In this document: in pieces, positions 14,888-23,332 of the stretch
Layout: each line of letters starts with the position of its first letter
Numbering within the stretch: position 1 is the first letter of the stretch
Assembly (NCBI GenBank): GCA_964351305.1
Contig: CAYGNO010000001.1
Coordinates: forward strand, 5,332 to 37,331
DNA from: an uncultured Sulfuricella sp.
Lineage (GTDB): Bacteria; Pseudomonadota; Gammaproteobacteria; Burkholderiales; Sulfuricellaceae
Direction of reading: 5' to 3'
Length of the DNA stretch: 32,000 nucleotides
Position numbers and translations under genes: made by a program
The notes under the pieces: generated by a model
What the model saw: only the letters and a program-made list of their open reading frames with translations
What the model was told of the DNA's origin: nothing
Database searches by the model: none

Positions 14888-16618
14888 ATGCACAATATCG
14901 TGTATGTCCTGCTGCGGCGCATCCATGTGCCGCTGATCGTGCTGGTGTGCGTGTATTCCATTTCCGTTCTGGGTTTTGTCCTGATCCCCGGCGTGGATGG
15001 GCAGGGCAAGCCGTGGGACATGGGTTTCTTCCATGCCGTCTATTTCGTCAGCTTCCTGGGCACCACCATCGGGTTAGGCGAGATCCCCTATCCGTTCACC
15101 GATGCGCAGCGGCTCTGGGCCACGATCAGTATCTATGGCACCGTGTTCGCCTGGCTGTATGGCATCGGCGCCGCCCTGTCGCTGTTGCAGGACCCGGCCT
15201 TTCAGTCGACCCTGCGGGCAAACGCCTTCCGCCGGTCGGTCAGGCTGATCACCGAACCGTTCTATCTGGTGTGCGGCTACGGCGACACCGGCAGCACGCT
15301 GGTGCGTGCGCTGTCCGATGCGGGTTACCGCTCGGTGGTGATCGAGGTCGAGCAGAGCCGCATCGTTGCGCTGGAACTGGAGGATCTGGGGATGCCCGTA
15401 CCCGGGCTGTGCGCCAGCGCCGCCGTGCCCAAAGTCCTGGTGATGGCGGGTCTGGACCGCCCTAACTGTATTGGTGTAATCGCGCTGACCAATGTGGATG
15501 ACGCTAACCTCAACGTCGCGATTACCGCCAAACTGCTGCGTCCCCGCGTTGTCACTATCGCCCGGGCAGAGTCGCGTTCGGTCGAGGCCAATATGCTTTC
15601 TTTCGGCACCGACCAGGTATTCAACCCCTTCGATACCTTTGCCGGGCGTCTCGCCCTGGCGCTGCATTCGCCCGGCATGTTCCTGCTGTATGAGTGGATG
15701 ACTGCCGTGCCGCACGAGACCTTGCGCGAGCCCCTGTTCCCGCCGCACGGGCGCTGGATACTGTGCGGATACGGCCGCTTCGGCAAGGCAGTGTATGAGC
15801 GTCTGGTTGCGGAGGGTGTCCAGGTCACCGTTATCGAGGCCACACCTGAAACTACCGACGCACCGCCCGGCACCATCTCCGGCTCGGGCACCGAAGCCGC
15901 TACGCAGCTCGAAGCCGGCATCAAGGACGCGGTGGGCATCGTGGCCGGCACCGACAACGATGCGAACAACCTGTCCATCATCATGACTGCGCGCGAACTC
16001 AACCCCGGCCTCTTTATGGTCGCACGCCAGAACCAGCACCAGAACAACATCATTTTCAGGGCGGCCCAGCTCGATCTCACCATGAAGCGCGGCAGCGTGA
16101 TCGCCAACAAGATTTTTGCCCTGACCACCACGCCGCTTCTGGCAGAATTTTTACAAGTGGCCCGGCTCAACTCCAACGAATGGGCCAACCAGCTGGTGAG
16201 CCGCATCGGCGGCATATCCGGCGACGAGGTGCCGCAGACCTGGGCGCTGGAAATTACGCCTGCAGCCTCGCCGGCCCTGTATGCCGGGATTGCGAGGGGC
16301 AGGCGGGCCCGCATCGGCGATCTTTGCCGCGATCCGCGCAATCGCGATGAATGCCTGCCTTGCATTGCGCTATTGATCAAACGCGGAGACGCCGAGATTC
16401 TGTTGCCGGCGGACGATGAAATGCTGCGGCGAGGAGACCACATCCTGCTATGTGGCCGCGACGGCGCAGGTCAACAAATGGAATGGATCGCGAAGAACCA
16501 CAACGTGTTCAATTATCTCTATTCCGGCGAAGAGCGCGCCAGCGGCAGTGTCTGGCGCTGGCTCACGCGCGAAAAAGAGCATCCGGCCCACCCGGAAGGC
16601 CCGCCGCCAGAATCCTGA
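14888..16618 (+). CDS. 2-TM pore-loop cation channel with two RCK/TrkA-N domains; non-canonical TTIGLGE filter
   Basis: Track ORF 14723..16618 trimmed to the ATG at 14888 (MHNIVYVLLRRIHVPLIVLVCVYSISVLGFVLI...). The pore helix and filter read FFHAVYFVSFLGTTIGLGE (filter codons 15062..15082). Rossmann motifs are LVCGYGDTGSTLV and ILCGYGRFGKAVY. Confidence 0.85.
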   Translation: MHNIVYVLLRRIHVPLIVLVCVYSISVLGFVLIPGVDGQGKPWDMGFFHAVYFVSFLGTTIGLGEIPYPFTDAQRLWATISIYGTVFAWLYGIGAALSLLQDPAFQSTLRANAFRRSVRLITEPFYLVCGYGDTGSTLVRALSDAGYRSVVIEVEQSRIVALELEDLGMPVPGLCASAAVPKVLVMAGLDRPNCIGVIALTNVDDANLNVAITAKLLRPRVVTIARAESRSVEANMLSFGTDQVFNPFDTFAGRLALALHSPGMFLLYEWMTAVPHETLREPLFPPHGRWILCGYGRFGKAVYERLVAEGVQVTVIEATPETTDAPPGTISGSGTEAATQLEAGIKDAVGIVAGTDNDANNLSIIMTARELNPGLFMVARQNQHQNNIIFRAAQLDLTMKRGSVIANKIFALTTTPLLAEFLQVARLNSNEWANQLVSRIGGISGDEVPQTWALEITPAASPALYAGIARGRRARIGDLCRDPRNRDECLPCIALLIKRGDAEILLPADDEMLRRGDHILLCGRDGAGQQMEWIAKNHNVFNYLYSGEERASGSVWRWLTREKEHPAHPEGPPPES

Positions 16619-16630
16619 GTGGCGTAGGCC

Positions 16631-17542
16631 TTATGCCGTTCCGCTGCGCTGAACCACATGCAGGGGCGGCGCCGAGCCGTCCTTGCCCTGACCGGCGTAA
16701 ACGGTCAGGTGGGGATAGGGGATCTCGATTCCGTGGCGGTCGAAAGCCTGCTTCAGCCGGCGCAGATATTCCCGGCGCACCCCCCACTGTTCCAGCGGCA
16801 ACACCTTGAAGCGGCAGCGCAGGATCACGGCCGAATCGTCCCACCGGTCCACCCCGGCCATTTCCATCGGCTCCAGAATCTTGCCGCCGAAGGCCCCGTC
16901 CTCGCGCATCCCGGCGCCGACCTGGCGCATCACCTCCATCACCTCGTCCGTGTCTTCGCGGTAGGCTACCCCGACGTCGATCACCGCATAGGCGAACCCC
17001 CGGCTCATGTTGGTGACGGTGGTGATGATGCCGTTAGGGATGAAATGGACGTTGCCGTCGTAGTCGCGCATCTTGATGTAGCGCAGGGTGACTTCTTCCA
17101 CCAGTCCGCCCTTGCCGCCCGCCTCCACCACGTCGCCCTGCCTGACCTGGTTTTCCAGCAACAGGAAGAAGCCGTTGAAATAGTCCTTGATCAGGCTCTG
17201 CGCCCCGAACCCCACCGCGATGCCCAGCACCCCGGCAGTGGCCAGGATAGGCGCGATGGAAACGCCCAGTTCGCTCAGTACCACCATGCCGGAAACCACG
17301 TAGATAACAACAGAGGCGATGTAGCGGAATACCCGGCTCAGGGTTTCGATGCGCTTCAGATCCTCCAGGTTGTTATCCGCCTGGCTCCGCAGGTAGGCCT
17401 TTAATAGCTTGATCGCTTTGTTGGACAAGCGCAGCAGCACCCAGCCCAGGGTCAGGATCAGGAGGATGTGCAGGCCGGACTGGGAGAACAGCAGCAGTTC
17501 TTTCATGTTTCCCGTAGCGAAAAAGGCAGATAGTTTGTCCAT
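16631..17542 (-). CDS. MscS-family small-conductance mechanosensitive channel
   Basis: 303 aa. TM helices are followed by GVLGIAVGFGAQSLIKDYFNGFFLLLENQVRQGDVV and a beta-domain (NVHFIPNGIITTVTNMS). The start lies 30 nt after the sucrose synthase stop, with an AGGAAAAA SD. Confidence 0.9.
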   Translation of the reverse strand: MDKLSAFFATGNMKELLLFSQSGLHILLILTLGWVLLRLSNKAIKLLKAYLRSQADNNLEDLKRIETLSRVFRYIASVVIYVVSGMVVLSELGVSIAPILATAGVLGIAVGFGAQSLIKDYFNGFFLLLENQVRQGDVVEAGGKGGLVEEVTLRYIKMRDYDGNVHFIPNGIITTVTNMSRGFAYAVIDVGVAYREDTDEVMEVMRQVGAGMREDGAFGGKILEPMEMAGVDRWDDSAVILRCRFKVLPLEQWGVRREYLRRLKQAFDRHGIEIPYPHLTVYAGQGKDGSAPPLHVVQRSGTA

Positions 17543-17572
17543 GGGTTTTTCCTGGTGTTATTTACTTGGCGG

Positions 17573-19969
17573 CTAATCCCGGCCGATCTTGCCGGCCAGC
17601 GGGCGGTACTGCAAATGGTAGAACATATCCAGATAACGCGCGGTTTCCTCACGCTCGGCGCCACTGACGAATTTCCAGAAGCCATAGATACGGGACAGGG
17701 TCATCATGCGCTCGGCGTACTGCTTCCAGGTGTAGTTGGCCGCGACGCGCGCAAGGGCGCCTTGCGACAATCGCTCCCATTCCTGCGGATCGGTCGCGCA
17801 ACGATCGAGAAAATCCGCCATCAGCTTTGTGGCAGCGGCGCCATCGTTGGGATCGATGTGAAAGCCGGAACGATTGTGCCGGATGATCTCCATCGGACCG
17901 CCATGGCAGGTGGCGAAGGTGGGCAGTCCCGAGGCCATGGCCTCGATGATGGTCAGGCCGAAGGCTTCGAACAGAGCCGGCTGCACGAAAATGCCGCGAC
18001 CGTCGGCCACGTAGCGGTACAGTTCGCCCGCCAGGTTCTTGTCCAGGCGCATGCCCAGCCAGCGCACCTGGCCGTCCAGTCCACGGGTTTCCATGATCTG
18101 GTGCATGTAGCGAATTTGTCCCTGCTCTTCGTGGTCGGCGGATAGTCCCGGGTCGATATAGCCGCCAATAACCAGAAGGTTGGCGCGCTCGCGCAGTTCC
18201 GGCGAGGCGCCGTACCAGTCCACCAGGCCGGTCAGGTTTTTGATGTGATCCATCCGTGCCATGGTGAAAATCAGCGGCTTGCTCTTGTCCTCCAGCACGC
18301 CGCGCGCCGAGGGTCCCGGTTCCGCACCGTAGATCATGGCTTCGAGCTCAGGGATCAGGCTGGTGAGGCGGCGTCCGTTATCGCTGTAAGGGAAATAAAC
18401 ATCCGCATCCGCGCCGGGAGAAACGATATTGAACTTCGGGTCGAACAGGTCGATGCCGTTGACCACCCGGTACAGCCCCGGCATGGTGAAAGCATGATAG
18501 CTGCCGTACTGGCCCACCGTTTCATCGGTACCCGCGATCTCCTGATAGGTGCTGGCGATGATGAAATCCGCCGTGTTCATGGCGATCAGATCGGCGGTGT
18601 ACTGGCAGGAAAAATGGTACTGCCCGTCGTTTTCCTTCCAGTACAGATCGGAATGCAGGTATTTGGTCTTTTCCAGGGCATGGGCGATGTTGCACTGGGT
18701 CACTCCCAGCCGCTGGCTGAGCAGGGAGGCCACCAGGTTGCCGTCGGAATAGTTGCCGATGATCAGGTCCGGGCGTCCGCCCAGTTCCGCCAGGGCCTCG
18801 CGTTCCACGTCTTGGGCAAAATCTTCCAGATAAGGCCAGATTTCGAAGCGCGAAATCCAGTGCCGCACGATTTCGCCGTTCTGCTTGTGGAAAGGCACCC
18901 GCAGTATCCAGGTATTGTCGCAGCCGCTGACTTTTTCCAGCCGCTGGTTGCAGGTGGTCTGCCCGGCATCCGGAATCAGGCGGGTGACGATCGTGATTTT
19001 TGGTTCCACCGGCACGCCCTGGCGCGCCAGACGCTCGCGCATCTCCCGCTCCAGTGCCCGGACCTGGTCGAGGATATAGACCACCTGCCCGCCGGTGTCC
19101 GGCAGCCCCAGCACGTTGTCCTGGCCGAAGTAGCCGTGTGGCGAGAGAATCAGCAGGCGCGAGATCATCGGGATGCGCGCCAGGAAAGCCTCCAGGGCTG
19201 TCGGCGAGGGCGCCTCCAGGATGTCCGAGAGCAGGCCCATGGTTTCGGCCACCCGACCGGCATTGTCGCCCCAGCCGGGCGCGAAACCCAACTTGCCCAG
19301 TTTCTCGGACAAAGTTGTCCACGGAGCTTCCTCCTCGATTTTTTCCAGTTCACCGAGTGCGCGTCGCAGCGCTGCGCGCAGGGCAGCCGTGTCGCGGAAG
19401 GTTTTGTCGATCATCAACTGCTGGCCGTCGATGGCATGGACGCTGAGAAAATTCAGGAGTTTTTCCGCTCCTTCCTGCGACCGGTTGAACATGTCGCTGG
19501 ACAACTTCCGGTTGAGGAAGAGCATGCCCTGGCCGATGGAGCGCGGCTCCTTGAGCCGCGGGAACCCGCGCCCGAAAGGCCCGAAGTCGATCTCCAGCAC
19601 GGAAGCCTCCGAATGATCGACCTGCATTTCCTTGAAGCGCAGGAATTCCGGGGTGCCGATCTGTTCGGGAACCACCGAATCCGCGTGGATGCGCAGATAG
19701 ATCCATTGCGCCGCACCTGGCCGTACTGCGAAGTAGGCCCAGGGTGCCTGGAAAACTCCTTCCTGGAGGCGTTCCACGAAATGGCCGAGATGGGTTGCCG
19801 CCAGATCGGCCTGGCCGTGCTCGCGGCACAGCGTTGCAAACTCCTCGCGCAGGTCGGATTGCAGCAGGAACGGGCGGTTTTTCGCGAAATACCGGCGCAG
19901 CAGCGCGTAGACCGGGTCCCGATTTTCTTGCGCGTAGGCGCCTAACTCTTCAATCATTCTTTCCGTCAT
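17573..19969 (-). CDS. susA: Sucrose synthase
   Basis: Track ORF (TTG at 20065) trimmed to the ATG at 19969 ([44 protein letters not shown]...), with an AAGGAGG SD 6 nt upstream. It contains [20 protein letters not shown] and a GT4 C-terminal half ([15 protein letters not shown]). The N-terminus resembles the Nitrosomonas europaea enzyme as I remember it. Confidence 0.9.
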   Translation of the reverse strand: MTERMIEELGAYAQENRDPVYALLRRYFAKNRPFLLQSDLREEFATLCREHGQADLAATHLGHFVERLQEGVFQAPWAYFAVRPGAAQWIYLRIHADSVVPEQIGTPEFLRFKEMQVDHSEASVLEIDFGPFGRGFPRLKEPRSIGQGMLFLNRKLSSDMFNRSQEGAEKLLNFLSVHAIDGQQLMIDKTFRDTAALRAALRRALGELEKIEEEAPWTTLSEKLGKLGFAPGWGDNAGRVAETMGLLSDILEAPSPTALEAFLARIPMISRLLILSPHGYFGQDNVLGLPDTGGQVVYILDQVRALEREMRERLARQGVPVEPKITIVTRLIPDAGQTTCNQRLEKVSGCDNTWILRVPFHKQNGEIVRHWISRFEIWPYLEDFAQDVEREALAELGGRPDLIIGNYSDGNLVASLLSQRLGVTQCNIAHALEKTKYLHSDLYWKENDGQYHFSCQYTADLIAMNTADFIIASTYQEIAGTDETVGQYGSYHAFTMPGLYRVVNGIDLFDPKFNIVSPGADADVYFPYSDNGRRLTSLIPELEAMIYGAEPGPSARGVLEDKSKPLIFTMARMDHIKNLTGLVDWYGASPELRERANLLVIGGYIDPGLSADHEEQGQIRYMHQIMETRGLDGQVRWLGMRLDKNLAGELYRYVADGRGIFVQPALFEAFGLTIIEAMASGLPTFATCHGGPMEIIRHNRSGFHIDPNDGAAATKLMADFLDRCATDPQEWERLSQGALARVAANYTWKQYAERMMTLSRIYGFWKFVSGAEREETARYLDMFYHLQYRPLAGKIGRD

Positions 19970-22154
19970 GCTGAACCTCCTTTGATTTCTCTGCCGTTTT
20001 TTCCCCATCGAAGCCGTAGTGATCGAGGCCTTCCAGGATGCCGCTGGCACAGTGGCCACGGGCAAAATAGATCTGCTCGAGGCCGCGCAACGGCTCGAGC
20101 TCCGGGCTGTGGTTGCCGACCACTACGCCGAGGGTGTCGCCAACCAGCATTTCCTCGTCGTTGCCGGAGTCGCCGGCCACCAGGAAGCTGCGCAACGGGA
20201 TTCCCCACTTGTAGGCCAGGTAGCGGATGGCGTGCCCCTTGGAGGCGCGCACCGGCAGTACGTCGAGAAACTCCTGGTGCGAGTAGATGAGCCTGGCATG
20301 CAAGTTTTTTTCGTGCAGCAGGCGGTAGAGGCTTTTGAGCGGAGGCATCCGGTCCGGCGTCACGTTGTAGCTCAGCTTGAACTCGCGCTGGTTTTCCCGT
20401 GGCTGCAGTTCGAGTCCGGGTATTTCCGCCAAGGCCTCCGCCAAGGCATCTCGGCGCCACAAGTAGCGTATATGGTTGGCCCAACCGGCATCCGGGCGCA
20501 GTTTCGGACCATAGTTGATTTCGCTGCCCACCGAGGTGATCAGCACGTTGGGCAACGGTACGCGCCAACTCCTGAGCACCTTGACCGCACTTTCCAGCCT
20601 GCGGCCGGTGGCGATGCCGAAGGCAACCGTCCCGGCATGGCTGCGCAGCCAGGCGACCAGTTCCTTCAGGCCTTCCTTGTGGCCGATCAGCGTGTTGTCG
20701 ATGTCGCTGACCAGTATCCGCCTCACCAGGGGCATGGTGGATTTGTCGGTGTGGAGGACGGATGCAAGCTGACGGCGCATGCGCTTGCGGTCGCGGCGCA
20801 GCAGGTGGCGCACCGCCTTCATGTATTTCGCGACGTGGGCATCCCAACTGTAATGCCTCTTTACACCCGCCACGCCGTTTTTTGCCCATAGCCGCCATTG
20901 TTTTTTGTCGGCCAGCGCAGCATTCAGTGCGGCGGCAATGGCAGACGGGTCGAGGGCGTTTACCAGCAAGCCGTTGCGGCAGTTGCCCACGATGTCGCGC
21001 GGGCCGCCGTCCTCGGTGGCGACGAAGGGCAGTCCGCTGGCAGCGGCCTCGATCAGGGTCAGACCGAAAGGTTCGGTCAGCGCCGGATTGACGAACACGC
21101 CGCGGCGGCGCGCCGCCATACGGTAAAGCTCCGGCACATCGTCGGCGGAGTGATGCTTCGGGAACGCCACCTTGCCCCACAGGTCATAGCGGTCGATGTC
21201 GAGCAGCAGATCGCCCAGGACTTTCTGCTGGGCTTCGTCCAGGTCGCGGATATCATCCCGGTTGCCCGCCACGATCACCAGATTGGCCGCCTCCTGCAGT
21301 TGCGGATCCTCCCCATACGCCTTGACCAAACCTTTCAGATTCTTGCGCGTATCGGGCCGGCAAATGGTCAGGATCATGGGTTTTTCCGGCCTGGACAGGA
21401 AACGCTCCACACTGTCCCCGATGGTTGGGTCGATCTTTTTCCGTCCCGGGGGAGAAAAACGCGAGGTATCGGTGCCCGGTGGAATGACGATGCTGCGCCT
21501 CGGATCGTGGTTCTGGTACATGCCGTACTGATCGACGACCTCCTGGCGGGTGCTGGTGACCACCAGTGAAGCGTGGGCCAGCACCTTTTCCTCTGCGGCG
21601 ATGCGTCGCGCCAGATGAAACTGGCGTTCGATGGCCTGTTCCTTGCGCCCGCTCGCCAACAGCCGCGCACGCTTCGGTCGCCCGAGCGAATGGCCGGTGT
21701 GAATCTGGGGAATGCCCAGCAGCAGGGAAAGCTGCTGCCCCACGTAGCCGGCATCGGCGTAGTGGGTGTGGATCAGGTCTGGCAGGCGGCCCTGCTGGCG
21801 CAACAGGTGCAGGCAGCGGTCCACCATCTGGTCCAGATGCGGCCACAGCACTTCCTTGCGCAAATAGCGGCGGGGGCCAAAAGGAAGACGCAGGATGCGC
21901 GCGCCGCTGCCGATCGACTCCTCGACCTGGGCATAGTCCGGCGACACCGCGGGGTCCTCGACCAGACGCGTGAGCAGGTCCACCTGCACGACCTCGCGGT
22001 GGCGCGCCAGGGCTCGCGCCAGCTCGACCACATAGGTGGTTTGACCGCCGGTGTCGGCATCGCGTCCCAGTTCCATATCCTTGCCCCGGATCAGACCGTG
22101 CACACTGATCATCAGGATGTACAGGGGATTTTCACTCTTGATCGATGTCGTCAT
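19950..22154 (-). CDS. sps: Sucrose-phosphate synthase with C-terminal SPP-like HAD domain
   Basis: Track ORF 19950..22517 trimmed to the ATG at 22154, which forms an ATGA overlap with the frk stop. [49 protein letters not shown]..., then the GT4 core ([28 protein letters not shown]). The C-terminal HAD domain carries DIDNT (20691..20705) and [10 protein letters not shown]. Its 3' end overlaps the susA start by 20 nt. Confidence 0.9.
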   Translation of the reverse strand: MTTSIKSENPLYILMISVHGLIRGKDMELGRDADTGGQTTYVVELARALARHREVVQVDLLTRLVEDPAVSPDYAQVEESIGSGARILRLPFGPRRYLRKEVLWPHLDQMVDRCLHLLRQQGRLPDLIHTHYADAGYVGQQLSLLLGIPQIHTGHSLGRPKRARLLASGRKEQAIERQFHLARRIAAEEKVLAHASLVVTSTRQEVVDQYGMYQNHDPRRSIVIPPGTDTSRFSPPGRKKIDPTIGDSVERFLSRPEKPMILTICRPDTRKNLKGLVKAYGEDPQLQEAANLVIVAGNRDDIRDLDEAQQKVLGDLLLDIDRYDLWGKVAFPKHHSADDVPELYRMAARRRGVFVNPALTEPFGLTLIEAAASGLPFVATEDGGPRDIVGNCRNGLLVNALDPSAIAAALNAALADKKQWRLWAKNGVAGVKRHYSWDAHVAKYMKAVRHLLRRDRKRMRRQLASVLHTDKSTMPLVRRILVSDIDNTLIGHKEGLKELVAWLRSHAGTVAFGIATGRRLESAVKVLRSWRVPLPNVLITSVGSEINYGPKLRPDAGWANHIRYLWRRDALAEALAEIPGLELQPRENQREFKLSYNVTPDRMPPLKSLYRLLHEKNLHARLIYSHQEFLDVLPVRASKGHAIRYLAYKWGIPLRSFLVAGDSGNDEEMLVGDTLGVVVGNHSPELEPLRGLEQIYFARGHCASGILEGLDHYGFDGEKTAEKSKEVQHDGKND

Positions 22155-23074
22155 GAAATTTCCCACTCCTTCAGAAAGGGCTGATAGAAACCCGGGGCAT
22201 CCGGAATGGCGCCGCGGATTCCGCACAGGGCCGCGGCAAAGCGATTGGCCCGCGACAAGGTGAGGCTGGCCGGCCACCCTCGGAGTGTTCCGAGGATGAA
22301 AACGGCGGCGAAGCCATCCCCTGCGCCCACCGTGTCGACAATGCCGCCAGTCGGCGCAATGCCTTCGGTTCGCGTCTGTGTGCCATCCGCAGTCAATTGC
22401 CAGGCGCCTTGCGCGCCGCAGGTGACCAGCACCCGTTCCAGGGAAAACTGCTTGATCAGCGCCGCCGCCTGCGCGATTGCGCTGTCGCCCGTCAACTGCA
22501 GTTGACGGGCGACGCATGCCAGTTCCTCGTGGTTCATTTTTACGAGATCCGCGCGAAGCAGCGAGCGTTTGAGTGTTTGCGCGTCATACCAGGGCTCGCG
22601 CAGGTTGATGTCCAGAATGCGGGGCGCCCCGATGCTCCGAAACAGGCTGTTCAGGGCTCGCCGCGAAATCTTGTTGCGCTGCGCCAGGGTTCCGAAATAA
22701 ATCAGCTCCGGCTGAGTTGACAGGGCGACCATGCGCGCCACCCCGGCATGGATGAAATCGTAGGCCTGGTCAGGGGAAATCTCGAAACGGTGTCCGCCCT
22801 GCTCCATGTGTACAACCACCTGGCCGGTCGAGTGGGCAGGGTCGCACTGCACACCCAGGGTGTCCATTCCAAACCGGGCCATGCTGGCGAGCAGTTCCTC
22901 CCGCAGTGCATCATTGCCGGTGCGCGTGATCAGCACCGGATGCAGGCCGAACGCCTGCAGGTGGCGGGCCACGTTAAAGGGCGCGCCTCCCAGTACGGAG
23001 CGGTCAGGAAACCTGTCCGCCAGGACTTCGCCGAACAGCGCTATGGTTCCTGTTCGCGGGCTCGGTTTGGTCAA
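22151..23074 (-). CDS. PfkB-family sugar kinase, probable fructokinase
   Basis: ALFGEVLADRF...GGAPFNVARHL, with a C-terminal DTVGAGDGFAAVFI motif. The only start consistent with the N-terminal domain is TTG at 23074, which has a weak SD. See the finding on an in-frame ATC at 23122 behind a strong GGGAGGA. Confidence 0.8.
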   Translation of the reverse strand: MTKPSPRTGTIALFGEVLADRFPDRSVLGGAPFNVARHLQAFGLHPVLITRTGNDALREELLASMARFGMDTLGVQCDPAHSTGQVVVHMEQGGHRFEISPDQAYDFIHAGVARMVALSTQPELIYFGTLAQRNKISRRALNSLFRSIGAPRILDINLREPWYDAQTLKRSLLRADLVKMNHEELACVARQLQLTGDSAIAQAAALIKQFSLERVLVTCGAQGAWQLTADGTQTRTEGIAPTGGIVDTVGAGDGFAAVFILGTLRGWPASLTLSRANRFAAALCGIRGAIPDAPGFYQPFLKEWEIS

Positions 23075-23144
23075 CAGCCTGGGTAGGGTGTTTTCCTGAT
23101 TTGCCGTCTTAGGGTATGGGATGCGCTTATCCTCCCGACAAAAC

Positions 23145-23179
23145 AGTATTGTACAATACTATTTTCCAGATGCCTAATT
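23145..23179 (-). promoter_or_regulatory. Perfect 16-bp palindrome AGTATTGTACAATACT plus ATGCCTAATT box upstream of frk-sps-susA
   Basis: The palindrome is at 23145..23160 and the box at 23170..23179. Read on the minus strand: TAGGCA-N17-TACAAT, with the palindrome covering the -10 element. It matches the marR upstream block at 24/33 positions. Confidence 0.55.
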
Positions 23180-23332
23180 AATACGGCTGAAACCGGCTGA
23201 AGACTGGGCGGCTAATGTTTTTTACAATCCCCGCTGTACTGCCGCTTCGTGCTGTGAACTTCTGCATCACTTGCACTTTCCCATCGAACCGCTGACACAG
23301 GAATGGATAATCCGGGTTCTAAATGCCACGCC

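Noticed and set aside
18245-21180. ORFs 18245..19945 + (566 aa), 18522..19322 - (266 aa) and 19966..21180 - (404 aa)
   Set aside because: These are antisense or alternative frames of susA and sps. They are Arg/Pro/Gly-rich nonsense typical of off-frame GC-rich coding DNA.
13663-22517. Long N-terminal extensions of track ORFs (marR to 14397, channel from 14723, susA to 20065, sps to 22517; likewise usp to 2769, stomatin to 5004 and the fusion gene to 12634)
   Set aside because: The extensions start at TTG, GTG or distant codons. They overlap upstream genes or translate promoter DNA, and they lack SDs. Internal ATGs with good SDs coincide with the conserved N-termini of the families.
23184-23201. 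Direct repeat CGGCTGAA x2 (period 10) upstream of the frk promoter block
   Set aside because: It is two short copies only, with no further periodicity or symmetry. It is probably chance.
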